In this document: positions 1 through 12,480 of the stretch, one piece after another | Numbering within the stretch: the first letter of the stretch is position 1 | How the letters are laid out: each line of letters begins with the position of its first letter | Assembly (NCBI GenBank): GCA_030141605.1 | Contig: JAQGDQ010001243.1 | Coordinates: 1 to 52,612 of the forward strand | From: Tubiluchus corallicola | Lineage: Eukaryota > Animalia > Priapulida | Length of the DNA: 52,612 nt | Direction of reading: 5' to 3' | The notes under the pieces: generated by a model | Told to the model about the DNA's origin: nothing | The model's input: the letters and a program-made list of their open reading frames with translations, nothing else | The model's database searches: none | Program-made: the position numbers and the translations under genes

Positions 1-629
<629 letters not shown>

Positions 630-640
630 CAAATACAAAC

Positions 641-710
641 CTCTTCAGCCAGTCTGGCAAGTCCTTCACGGAGAGCGTAGACGCTGCTAATTGGAGCCGT
701 GTGATGGTAC
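641..710 (-). CDS. AGXT: Alanine-glyoxylate aminotransferase, exon equivalent to human exon 8 (inverted relative to downstream exons)
   Basis: Minus strand AG|g tac cat cac...gaa gag|GT; 70 bp; translates YHHTAPISSVYALREGLARLAEE, matching the AGXT YHHT motif; ends in phase 0, compatible with 3513. Confidence 0.95.
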
Positions 711-1019
711 CTTCACAAACAAACACTTCCTTAGATTTTGCCATTGTGCTATAGATTTGTTTAGCATATCTTTGTTAGTAATAAAGTATGAAAGGTAAAC
801 TAAATGATCCAACACTGTGGCTAGTTTTGAAACTAGGGGAAGATGCAACCAATAAGTTTGCATTGTAGCACGAAAAAAGTTTAAAGGAAAAATCAAGCCT
901 TCTGGGAAGTTGACCTTATTTCAAAGTTTGCATATAATACGAAAAGGATTTAGTAATAATAGTGTGATAATCATTTTGAAGCTGCAATCATTTCACGGTT
1001 AGGCACTCTTGTTTTGAAA

Positions 1020-1862
1020 GGCCGTTCTTCCACCAATGACGTAATTCATCGGCTGAAGAAAAACTGCAGAATGGCCATTCTTCCACCAATGACGTCATTC
1101 ATCGGCTGAAGAAAAACTGCAGAATGGCCATTCTTCCACCAATGACGTTATTCATCGGCTGAAGAAAAACTGCAGACTGGCCTTTGTTCCACCAATGACA
1201 TCATTCATCGGCTAAAGAAAAACAGCAGAATGGCCTTTCTTCCACCAATGACATCATTCATCGGCTGAAGAACAACTACAGAATGGCCATTCTTCCACCA
1301 ATGACGCCATTTATCGGCTGAAGAAAAACTACAGACTGGCCTTTGTTCCACCAATGACGCCATTCATCGGCTGAAGAAAAACTGCAGAATGGCCATTCTT
1401 CCACCAATGACGTCATTCATCGGCTGAAGAAAAACTGCAGAATGGCCATTCTTCCACCAATGATGTCATTCATCGGCCGAACAAAAACTGCAGAACGGCC
1501 ATTCTTCCACCAATGACGTCATTCATCGGCTGAAGTAAAACTGCAGAACGGCCATTCTTCCACCAATGATGTCATTCATCGGCCAAACAAAAACTGCAGA
1601 ATGGCCATTCTTCCACCAATGACGTCATTCATCGGCTGAAGTAAAACTGCAGAACGGCCATTCTTCCACCAAATGATGTCATTCATCGGCTGAAGAAAAA
1701 CTGCAGAATGGCCGTTCTTCCACCAATGACGTCATTCATTGGCTGAAGAAAAACTGCAGAATGGCCATTCTTCCACCAATGACGTCATTCATTGGCTGAA
1801 GAAAAACTGCAGAATGGCCATTCTTCCACCAATGACGTCATTCATCAGCTGAAGAAAAACTG
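1020..1862. repeat. 53-bp minisatellite, ~16 copies, each with CCAAT overlapping a TGACGTCA-type palindrome (AGXT intron 7)
   Basis: Unit ggccattcttccaccaatgacgtcattcatcggctgaagaaaaactgcagaat; period 53 (1020, 1073, ...). Confidence 0.95.
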
Positions 1863-1990
1863 CTGTCTAATTCTATAAAAGGTGTAATGAATTTTTATAG
1901 ACAGTTTTTTGGCAATTTCGTTTTGTATTTTTCTACGTTTAGGTGATAACAGTAAAATAAATGACTTGTCCTTTAAATGAAATCACGAAC

Positions 1991-2086
1991 CTTCTTGGTC
2001 CATCATCGCAACCCCAGTAATTACTCAACTCGTTGATGTCAAAGTAGTATGACCGAATCTTCGTCTTCCTTGATCTGATCTTCTCC
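1991..2086 (-). CDS. AGXT: Alanine-glyoxylate aminotransferase, exon equivalent to human exon 7 (inverted relative to downstream exons)
   Basis: Minus strand ttttgtttAG|g gag aag...aga ag|GT; 96 bp; EKIRSRKTKIRSYYFDINELSNYWGCDDGPR resembles AGXT [27 protein letters not shown]; phase 2 joins 710. Confidence 0.95.
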
Positions 2087-2103
2087 CTAAACAAAAGCTG
2101 TCA

Positions 2104-2907
<804 letters not shown>

Positions 2908-3085
2908 TAAAGTGGATCTCACTTTATATAAATGGCTAGCAAGTCAGTCAGTCAGGAAGCAAAAACATAAATAATATTGTACCATTTTACATTAGTAGCG
3001 CATTTTTGGAACAGAATAATGTGATGTTCACCATTTCAATGCTTCAAGTTAAGTAAAAAAGTTATTGTTTTGTGCAAAGTAAAAT

Positions 3086-3425
3086 AATCGTTGTTAAGAT
3101 GAAACGTGCGTCGTTAAGTGAGGAAAACTACCAAATGTTTAGGGTTGTTAAAACGAAGCATCGCTAGGCACGGAGTCGTTAAATGAGACAATCATTGTTA
3201 AGATGAAACGTGCGTCGTTAAGCGAGGAAAACTACCAAATGTTTAGGGTTGTTAAAACGAAGCATCGCTAGGCAGGGAGTCGTTAAATGAGACAATCATT
3301 GTTAAGATGAAACGTGCGTCGTTAAGTGAGACAATCGTTGTTAAGATGAAACGTGCGTCGTTAAGCGAGGAAACTACCAAATGTTTAGGGTTGTTAAAAC
3401 GAAGCATCGGAGTCGTTAAATGAGG
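3086..3425. repeat. 104-bp tandem repeat (~3 copies) built from gtcgttaa sub-repeats
   Basis: Units start at 3086, 3190 and 3294. Confidence 0.85.
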
Positions 3426-3512
3426 ACTTACTTGATTTGTGTGTTTTTGAATGAATTAACTTCAGAGGAAAAGGTGCAAGGAATTTATTTGTCCACGCTG
3501 TTTCTTTGACAG

Positions 3513-3608
3513 GGACTAGAAGCAAGCTGGAACAGGCATAGAAAATGTGCTGAGTTATTATGGAGTGAATTAGAAAATATGGGACTGCAGCTGCTTGTTC
3601 AAAACAAG
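3513..3608 (+). CDS. AGXT: Alanine-glyoxylate aminotransferase, exon equivalent to human exon 9
   Basis: tttgacAG|gga cta gaa...aac aag|GTaaaa; 96 bp; GLEASWNRHRKCAELLWSELENMGLQLLVQNK resembles AGXT [32 protein letters not shown]. Confidence 0.95.
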
Positions 3609-3804
3609 GTAAAATTTTTCTTGCACGGTGGTAGTAGCATATCACATTGTCTGTGTATCATTTTGCATACTGGTAGTAGTACGTTCACTTCGTCTCTGTG
3701 TCATAGCTTTGCCACAGAGATGTGATCCATGCATGAGCGTAAGGCACTACTTGCAATTGCTGTTAGTACCTGCGAGTATGCATGCGCTTTTACTAGCTTG
3801 GCTT

Positions 3805-4388
3805 TTACTTTTCCGCTGTGTATTTCGTAACGATACAAGATTTATTCCTACTTTTGCACGTAGTTAAGTAGACAAACTGGCACCACAAAGTTGAAAAAAC
3901 ATCGATATACTATAATATTGTGAGCTTGCTTAGCAAGATCGTCCATAAGCCAGTAATTAAGCTTTCCTTCTTATTCACACATCCTTATGATTCTCTATTT
4001 CATGAGGATCATTTTGATACCAAGTTCATCGCTCTATGTTATTTCTAAGCTGAGATAATCCACGTTGAAGTTGAGGTCCGTTTGTGTGAGCTTGCATAGG
4101 AAAGTCGGCAGTTAAGCTTTTCTAGTTATTCACATGTCCTGAATCTCCACTTCATGAGGATTATTTTGATACCAAGTTCATCACTCTAAGTTATTTTTAA
4201 GCTGAGATAATCTACATTGAAGTTGAGGTCCGTTTGTGTGTACTTAGGAAAGTCGTCATAAGTTGGCAATTAAACTTTCCTAGTTATTCACGTATCCTGA
4301 ATCCCCATTTCATGAGAATCATTTTGATACCAAGTTCATCGCTCTATGTTATTTTTAAGCTGAGATAATCCACATTGAAGTTGAGGTG
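3805..4388 (+). repeat. Interspersed repeat with three ~150-165-bp internal tandem units; its left ~180 bp is inverted at 7085-7203 plus 7662-7725
   Basis: Recurrent ...cattttgataccaagttcatcgctctatgttattt.taagctgagataatccac.ttgaagttgaggt; reverse-complement match to the arm in the next intron. Confidence 0.8.
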
Positions 4389-5230
4389 CAGGCTGCACAC
4401 TGCACTTTGAGAAAATCACTGTTAAACTCAGCCATTGTTTTTTGTCGCGTCTCTACAAAACACTTAGCAACCGTGCGAATGTTGGTTGCTATGGACATTG
4501 CAAGAACACGTTGAAGTTATGTTTACATCCAGTAGATGGCTCTGCCTGACAAAGATCTGGGCTTGGCAACAGAAAAAAAGCCAGAAGCAAAATGCCGCTT
4601 CTACGAGCTTCTATCAAAGTTTAAAAATACAATTCAATTCAATTCAATACAAGTTCTTTTACAATCACAGTTCTAGTTTCTAGACAGAAAAGTGGATAAG
4701 GGGTTATAAAATTAGATTTTTAATCTTTTTTTGGACATTTTCCCGATAATTTGATGCTAGAATATAAAAGTCTAATATAGTTAGCATTTGGTTTTATAAA
4801 ATATTAATAAATCGATCATAACGCAGATTTAACTATGCCGACTTATGGACGGTTTCGCTTTGCAAGCAAAACAAAATATATATGTTGATTGTACTATCAC
4901 AAACAATGCCATCAACACAAAACATGATAATACACATCTAAATAAAACAACAGCAACAACAAAAAATTGCAAAACCAGCGGCAATATCGCCAACAATGAT
5001 GACGACGGCGTAAGCAACAGGAACTTCACTGTAGGATAGGCAGCTACTAGAATGATACGTTAACTACATCGGCTACGACCAGGGGAACAAGAGCAAGAAG
5101 AATAAGAACAAATAAACAAGAACTACAATAAAGAGTACACGAACAGGGCAACAAATACAGTAAAAGCAGCCAAGAATAATTGTATTCATTCTCGATACTT
5201 TTGCTTTAATTTAAATTGTTTTTTTCCTAG

Positions 5231-5313
5231 GAGCACAGATTGCCAACGGTGACGGCAGTTGTGGTGCCATCTGGTGTCGACTGGAAGAAGGTGACAGAGT
5301 ATTGCATGGCAAG
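5231..5313 (+). CDS. AGXT: Alanine-glyoxylate aminotransferase, penultimate exon
   Basis: ttttcctAG|gag cac aga ttg cca acg gtg...gca ag|GTgaat; 83 bp; EHRLPTVTAVVVPSGVDWKKVTEYCMA resembles AGXT [21 protein letters not shown]. Confidence 0.95.
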
Positions 5314-5871
5314 GTGAATTTTCTGAACTGTATTCTCTTTGTATTCGTGCGAGGCAGGCAGAGTGGACCAGAGAATTGGCTTCAGTAGGGAATTTCAACT
5401 TAAGTTTACCATACAGTATTTTTTCAGTTAATCTAGTAATGTTCGTTCCCTTAGAAAGATGGCTTCCACGATGGTTTAGTAGTTATTCAACATTTAATGC
5501 AATTTTTGTCAGTCAGTCAGTCAGTCAGTGCTTTCCCATTTTGTCAAATTCAAATTTCATTTTAAAAAAAGTTCGAGTTCCATTAAAATTTAATCAACTG
5601 ATTGTTAATTGTCGAAAGCGAATTCTTAATATGACCAGCACCCGCTTAATCAAAGACGTGACTTTTATTCAAACTTAAACATCTAAACATCTGCAACGTT
5701 TCGAATAGTTTTATTTCCAATCACACGACAGTCTACCTAATAAAAATATAATGTGTAAAAACTCTGAAAATCCGCTTTGTGAAAACTAAAGAAAACGATT
5801 TTTAAATTGTCAACTTACATATGATGCAGCAAGCTTGACTACACATGCAAGCGTAAATTCATTCTCTAACT

Positions 5872-6371
5872 CAGGGGTGTGCAAATTGCGGCCCGCGGGT
5901 CCCTTGCTGCCCGCCGAGAGAATTTGTGTGGCCCGCGAAGAGATTTGTCAACCTAAATGAAAGTGCGGCCCGGGCGATTAATTGAGTGTATCCAGCTGAA
6001 GTCAGTGCCACGATCCCGAAGATAGTGCGGGTAGTTTTTTCTACTAGATCGGATGCCATTTACCCTTACAAGACGGTTGTAGCTTAATGTCACTGTACTA
6101 CACAGACTGTGTGATACACATTACTAATATGCATTGTAGTGAAATTACCACTATCTGTCCTCAAAGTAGAAATATATGGTTTGTAATATAAATTTTAATA
6201 ATTTCTAAAATGGTTTCTTGAGTGTAGTAGTAATGATGTACGCAAGTCGGATGCAAAAAATCGTTATTAGGTCTTTCTGTACTTGGCTCCTTGATCAAAC
6301 TGCACGTGGCCCGCAGGAATTGCGGGAAAGTTTAATGTGACCCGGCTAGTCAGATAATTTGCACACCCCTG
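5872..6371. mobile_element. Non-autonomous hAT (Charlie-like) MITE
   Basis: Perfect 16-bp TIR caggggtgtgcaaatt/aatttgcacacccctg; perfect 8-bp TSD ctctaact (5864-5871, 6372-6379); ggcccg subterminal repeats. Confidence 0.93.
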
Positions 6372-6770
6372 CTCTAACTTATCACTGTGCATGGCAATCA
6401 GGGAAATCTTTACATAAAACAAGTGCAACACAATAACCGAGCAACTACAAGGACCGGCTATAAATTATGTTGAACAAATGTAGGGTAATATTCTTTCCAA
6501 CATTCACCATTTTATCATGCAAACTGTACGTTTTATAATTTAGCATTTGTTTTGTTTGTGGATTTTTGTATTTTTAGATAAATTATTTGTATTTAGATGC
6601 ATTTTTGTGTGAACATGACCATGTTATGGTCAAAATATTGTCTTTGAATGAAAGCTATGTCATTGCTCCAATAGGTGGTGCTGGCTGTTATTATATTCAT
6701 TTGAAGAGTTTTATAATTCAGAAGTGAGAGATTTATTTTAGTTGCCTATTCTAAGATAAGACGGATATTA

Positions 6771-6980
6771 TGTCATTAGTAGTATGTATGCTTTGTGTAT
6801 TGTCATTAGTAGTATGTATTATTTGTGTATTGTCATTAGTTGTATGTATTCTTTGTGTATTGTCATTAGTAGTATGTATTCTTTGTGTATTGTCATTAGT
6901 AGTATGCATTCTTTGTGTATTGTCATTAGTAGTATGTATTCTTTGTGTATTGTCATTAGTAGTATGTATCCTTCGTGTGT
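6771..6980. repeat. 30-bp minisatellite, 7 copies
   Basis: Unit tgtcattagtagtatgtattctttgtgtat. Confidence 0.95.
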
Positions 6981-7084
6981 TGGTCGCGCAAGGAGGTTAA
7001 CCAAATGTAAGGTTTGCTAATGCAATCTTACGTGCTGCACTGATGCAAACATGAAGGAATCATACTACTGTTGCCATTATGCGG

Positions 7085-7725
7085 GATACTGAATAACTAG
7101 GAAAGCTTAATTGCCGACTTACGGACGATTTTGCTATGCAAACACACAATATTATAGCATATCGATATTTTTTCAACTCTCTGGTGTCAGTTTGTTTACT
7201 TAACCCTTTCATACCCGTTGTATCCCGTGGGATGCGAGAAAATTTTCTGCCTTTAAAATTAATAAAATTTTAAAACTGACAGTCATTTGATCTGTTAATA
7301 GTTATTTTGATTTAAGCCAATAACAATAGACTAAAAATGGTGATAAAATGGCAAACTAGAAAATCTACATAGCATAAAAAACTGCGCAAGGTACAGTACT
7401 TTAGAGACGACTTTGTACAGATCAGCATAGCATGCATACTAAATGTCTTAAATACTTTAAAAAATTATCAGCAGTTGCAAAATGAAGCACATTTTATGCT
7501 TCCATTGAATCCCAATGTATCCCGTGGGATACAGGCTATATTTAGCACACGGGCACAAGTAGAAAAAAATAATTATTGTGTAAACAAGATGGACATACTG
7601 AACAAAAGTACCAAGCCAAAAAAATTTTTCTTATTAAAAAATTAATTTGGGACTGAAAGGGTTAAGTGGGTGCAACAGTAGGAATAAATCTCGTATCGTT
7701 ACGAAACACACAGCAGAGTAGTAAA
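7085..7725 (-). repeat. Inverted copy of 3805-3985, interrupted by the piggyBac-like MITE
   Basis: 7085-7203 and 7662-7725 each match the reverse complement of adjacent parts of 3805-3985, meeting at a single TTAA in the uninterrupted arm. Confidence 0.85.
7204..7661 (-). mobile_element. piggyBac-like MITE (copy 1 of 4; opposite orientation to the others)
   Basis: TTAA|CCCTTTCA...TGAAAGGG|TTAA; internal near-palindromes gtatcccgtgggatac; homologous to copies at 35171, 36715 and 41913. Confidence 0.92.
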
Positions 7726-7760
7726 CACGAATGAAACATACTACTCTTGCTATTATGCAG

Positions 7761-7914
7761 GTACAGGCTGGAGATTTCCGGAGGGCTCGGACCGACAGCG
7801 GGTAAGATTTGGAGGATTGGACTGATGGGCTACAACTGCACCGAAGACAACGTCCGTTTGATCGTCCGCGTTCTGGGCGAAGCTCTGAGTCATCAGCGAT
7901 CGTCCAAGTTGTAG
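7761..7914 (+). CDS. AGXT: Alanine-glyoxylate aminotransferase, last coding exon, with C-terminal PTS1 (SKL)
   Basis: tgcAG|g tac agg ctg gag...; YRLEISGGLGPTAGKIWRIGLMGYNCTEDNVRLIVRVLGEALSHQRSSKL*; matches AGXT EIxGGLGPxxGKxxRIGLxG; phase 2 joins 5313. Confidence 0.96.
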
Positions 7915-8308
7915 AAGTTGGACGACACTGAACGTAAACGCGGGAGCGAATACGGTCTTCCACTTGCAGCTGACTTAACAATGGGCTCAAGATTTGATTG
8001 GTTAATTATCTGATGTTACAGATTAGCAATTTTTTACCCAATTGTGATTCTTATAGGCATGTCATGCAGTTCGAATCAAAATCCTGGTTTATTTGTACTT
8101 TGGCTGCTCAGAGTAACCGTACTTTGGTGGACTACACATTGTTGTTTAATTGTGATGGGTGGCACACGTTTGATTGCAGTGAGGATTACAGTATTGGAAA
8201 CTAATACTAAGTTGTAAAATAGGATTTGATATTTGCACAACTAATTCCAGTTATGGCTCTGATGCATTTCATTTGTCTTACAGTTGGACGACAAGAGCTG
8301 ATAGTGTG

Positions 8309-8361
8309 ACATGATAGGGAGTAGAATTTCAGCTACTAGTCTATTTAAGCAAGAGAGAGTT

Positions 8362-8392
<31 letters not shown>

Positions 8393-8544
8393 AAGAGAGA
8401 GAGGGAGAGAGAAAGAGAGAAAGAGAGAGAGAGCGAAAGAGAGAGTGCAAGAGAGAGAGAGAGAATGCAAGAGAGAGAGACAGAGAGAGAGCGAAAGAGA
8501 GAGAGACAGAGAGCGAAAGAGAGAGTGCAAGAGAGAGAGAGAGA

Positions 8545-8610
<66 letters not shown>

Positions 8611-8612
8611 AA

Positions 8613-8702
<90 letters not shown>

Positions 8703-8789
8703 GAGAGCGAAAGAGAGAGTGCGAGAGAGAGAGAGTGAGAGAGAGAGATACATGATAGCGAGTAGAATTTCAGCTACTAGTCTACTTAA
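8309..8789. repeat. Degenerate (GA)n tract bracketed by a ~40-bp direct repeat
   Basis: acatgatag.gagtagaatttcagctactagtcta.ttaa at 8309-8348 and 8750-8789, with GA repeat between. Confidence 0.9.
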
Positions 8790-9526
8790 ACTGACACACA
8801 TTAGCTTTGCTTTCGCCCTGGAACTAGTTCTGTTTATGCTCCTGTGTCTTCAATTTCTAACACACCCTGTGGTGCAATCAGTTAAATGTAACAATCAAAT
8901 TACTTGGCGACCACAATGATGTTTTAATGGAAGGTTTTGTCATCCGACAGTCTGTGATTGTATTGTTGTGTAAGAATTATGCTTTTTAAACAGTTATGCG
9001 AGTGGGTGAAAACAACGGAGTAATTTACTAATTTGGTTTTTGTACGTGTCGGGGGCGGTGCCGGTAATGGCCCCTCAATGGTGGGTGATGGTGTGGTGCA
9101 GCGGAATGGGTTGGGTTGTTGTTGAGTTTGTGTACAAAATCTGTTTCGCGGGGTTTGGCTAGTGATGATATTACTTCATCATTTTCTGAGGTTAAAGAGA
9201 TTAGTTATATAATAAAGATAAATTGCACTTTCACCTATTAGCGAAGAACGATCTATATGATTATTTTTTCAAACATTACTGCAATGTCATCTATTATTAT
9301 GAATTTATTCCACAGCAACTCAAACATACATATAAATTGATATAACATTGAAAAAAAAACTATGCGAGTTACTGTCAGGAGGAGGAAGGAGCATTTAGCT
9401 TTCGAGTCCTCCTCCAGATAAGTGAAACAATTGACAATTAACATTACATTTTCATCAGTTATAACGTACATTAGAACCAAATAAGTTTTGTTAGTAACTT
9501 AAGATCAGGATGAGTAAAATTGTGAG

Positions 9527-9763
9527 TTAATTATACCGTTGTAGTAGGTAATTCTTTGATGCTTTTTTAAATTGATAAAGATTAAGAGTTTTCATTTCAC
9601 GCGGAATTGATGACCATATTTTAATAGCATTATATTTTGATGACTGTTTCATTATATTAGTTTTTGGAACGGGGAGTACATAGTTTTCGACTGAATATCT
9701 TGTGTAATGATCATGTTGATTTGAAACTGGACTAAAAGTTTGTTCCAAACGAATTACTGTCAA
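9527..9763 (-). mobile_element. 3' fragment of a non-LTR retrotransposon ORF2 (CR1/L2-like tail)
   Basis: HDHYTR...VPKTNIMKQSSKYNAIKIWSSIP...FKKASKNYLL matches the typical HxYxTR..P..T...S..Y...KxWNxLP...FKK.LK..LL tail. Confidence 0.8.
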
Positions 9764-10283
9764 AATTTCTGCACCAAACAGTCATTGCTGGAATTTAAAA
9801 TTACAAGTTTTATACAATGTTACTGCTGACGCAAGCTTTGTATGCAGTAAGACAGCTTTGTAAGTGATACAAAATTTCCAGACAAATTTTTCTAGCTTTG
9901 TTGTAGAATTATGTTTGGTTGTCCTTTAAATTACCTTTCTGTCAATTGCAACAATTACCCATAAGAAAGTGCAATAATATGTAATTTCGAATGAATTAAA
10001 TATCTACCTCTTGATGAAAATGTTTTATAAAGATGCAATTACATGTATTAATAGCCATTTCTTATGACCATTTTAGACATGTATTTTTGATTTAAATTGT
10101 CTACTGTTGCTGTTATCTAAAAATAGATCTATTTTTACGATGTTATTTTTAATACAAATTTTAACTAATGATCTTCACAGCATTTACTCTGCTTATATGA
10201 AATGTAGTATTGTGAATAATGTACACAAGGTTCCAAATTAGGTAATAACTTGTTTTATAAATCTATCTATGTTAGCTCCTTAA

Positions 10284-11010
10284 GGCCCGTGTCAGACAGA
10301 ACTGGACGCAAGGCACAAGGTTTGAGAAAAAGCTTCCCCACGAAAACTGAACGGCCTTGTCACACAGATAATCCATTTGTCGTCTTCCGTAAGCCGTAAT
10401 CCACGCTGGGTCCTCACAAACCAGCAGTTTTGAGCAATTCATAAGGCGCTTATTGCAAAATGAATTTGGCGATTAGTTTTATTTGCAATGAGACGTTTTA
10501 GTTCATTGCTTAACGCAGTAATTAGCGTGTTTGCAGTTCTTACATTGCACAATTTATCTGCGTTTTAGTTCATTGCTTAACGCAGTAATTAGCGTGTTTG
10601 CGGTTCTTACATTGCACAATTTATCTGCGTTTTAGTTCATTACTTAACGCAGTAATTAGCGTGTTTGCGGTTCTTACATTTCACAATTTATCTATATCGT
10701 AAGCATTTGTAACAGAATGTTCTCATAAACATTAAAAAGTAATTTTTAATCACAATATTCGACTAGTTCTGCAAATACGTACATTGCCGAAACGGGTTAT
10801 AACAAAACGCCTTTCTAGTTACGCAGAGTAAGGAGCATACTGCGGATTATCATACAATCCTTCTTGAAGATGGAAGACGTCACATGGATTACGGATTAAC
10901 GGCGGAGCATACTGCGGATTATCACACAATCCTTCTTGGAGAGGGAAGACGTCACATGGATTACGGATTAGCGGCTTGCTCCTTGCGTATTTCTCTGTAT
11001 GACACTGGCG
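10284..11010. mobile_element. Degenerate PIF/Harbinger-like MITE with internal 67-bp (x3) and 72-bp (x2) tandem repeats
   Basis: TAA on both sides; ~35-bp imperfect TIR ggcccgtgtcagacaga...acgcaagg versus reverse complement cgccagtgtcatacaga...acgcaagg. Confidence 0.65.
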
Positions 11011-11802
11011 TAACTGATGCCATTTAGGTAAGACATCGCAAACTGAAACCAAAGTTACAAGACCGTGAAACTTCCATTCACAAAAATTCTCAAATCACGT
11101 CTCATGATAAGACGGTGGGAATAAAATAGCTACTCAATTTCCAGAAAATATAGTAACAGAATTAATATAGCTATAGTTATTCTATTACTATAAGATACAG
11201 GTAACAAATATGTACAATTTCTAATAATCGTGTCAAGCGAACAACTACAATCATTTACAGGGGAAGAAAAGACGATATTAAGGCATACCCAAAAAACCTT
11301 ACATACAAAGTTACTTTGCAGCATTACACTTACCAGTTTGAAAGGTAATCACACTTACACTATGTATCGAAACGTTTTAGTAATTTAAAATGTTTGCACC
11401 GCCTGCTAAACAGCATTGCTATCCCAGCGTGCACCAGTGATTCACCAAAAAATGTATTTTTTAATGTTACTGGCAATATAAAGTAATTCAAGCTTTAAAT
11501 TGAAGTTTTTGTATTGAGATTTTTTTGTTCATGTCATTTTTCTGTGCAGAGAAACAAAATTTTTTTATAATTGCAGAGCCATCTGGTGACGCCAAGAAGA
11601 AACAATTTCACAGCAATTTATTAAACAGATTAGCTGCACCGCTTTTTTTTCAAAGAACTAGCAAGCTAAAAAGAATGGAAATTGTAAACAGTTTCTAGTG
11701 TCTTACTTTAATGGCAGCTCCAACACCGTTCAGATCAAGCAGAAACGTGTCATGACCAAATATGGAATTGAGTTCGTAATAAGTCACGGCTTGATTTCCT
11801 GT

Positions 11803-12340
11803 AATAAAAAATGGACACATTTGTCTTAAACTGATGAGTCTTCAATAGTGTACGATATCGGTCATCAAAATTGATTTACTATAATAAAAAATGGACACAT
11901 TTGTCTTAAACTGATGAGTCTTCAATAGTGTACGATATCGGTCATCAAAATTGATTTACTATAATAAAAAATGGACACATTTGTCTTAAACTGATGAGTC
12001 TTCAATAGTGTACGATATCGGTCATCAAAATTGATTTACTATAATAAAAAATTGACACATTTGTCTTAAACTGATGAGTCTTCAATAGTGTACGATATCG
12101 GTCATCAAAATTGATTTACTATAATAAAAAATGGACACATTTGTCTTAAACTGATGAGTCTTCAATAGTGTACGATATCGGTCATCAAAATTGATTTACT
12201 ATAATAAAAAATGAACACATTTGTCTTAAACTGATGAGTCTTCAATAGTGTACGATATCGGTCATCAAAATTGATTTCCTGTAATAAAAAATGGACACAT
12301 TTGTCTTAACTGATGAGTCTTCAATAGTGTACAACATCGG
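11803..12340. repeat. 80-bp minisatellite, ~6.7 copies, containing a degenerate hammerhead-like core
   Basis: Period 80; unit includes ctgatgagtcttcaatagtgtacgatatcggtc. Confidence 0.93.
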
Positions 12341-12355
12341 TTCTCATGTAATTGT

Positions 12356-12480
12356 TAGGGGTGAGCATTCTCTACCAGAAAGCGAATTCGAATCGAACCG
12401 AATTTGTGACTTTTGAATTCGAATTGAACCGAACTTCGGTGTTTCGAATTCGAATTGAGATCGAAAGATTTTCGAACCAC
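12356..12480 (+). mobile_element. hAT-like transposon end (TAGGGGTGAG terminus, cgaa/ttcg subterminal repeats)
   Basis: taggggtgagcattctctaccaga followed by repeated gaattcgaa/gaaccgaa motifs; an inverted match lies at 18368-18391. Confidence 0.65.

Noticed and set aside
7634-7990. 118-aa minus ORF
   Set aside because: Antisense to the AGXT last exon and extends into a MITE.
11803-12340. CRISPR array or C/D-box snoRNA cluster
   Set aside because: Units are identical with no unique spacers; TGATGA lacks a properly placed D box and guide.
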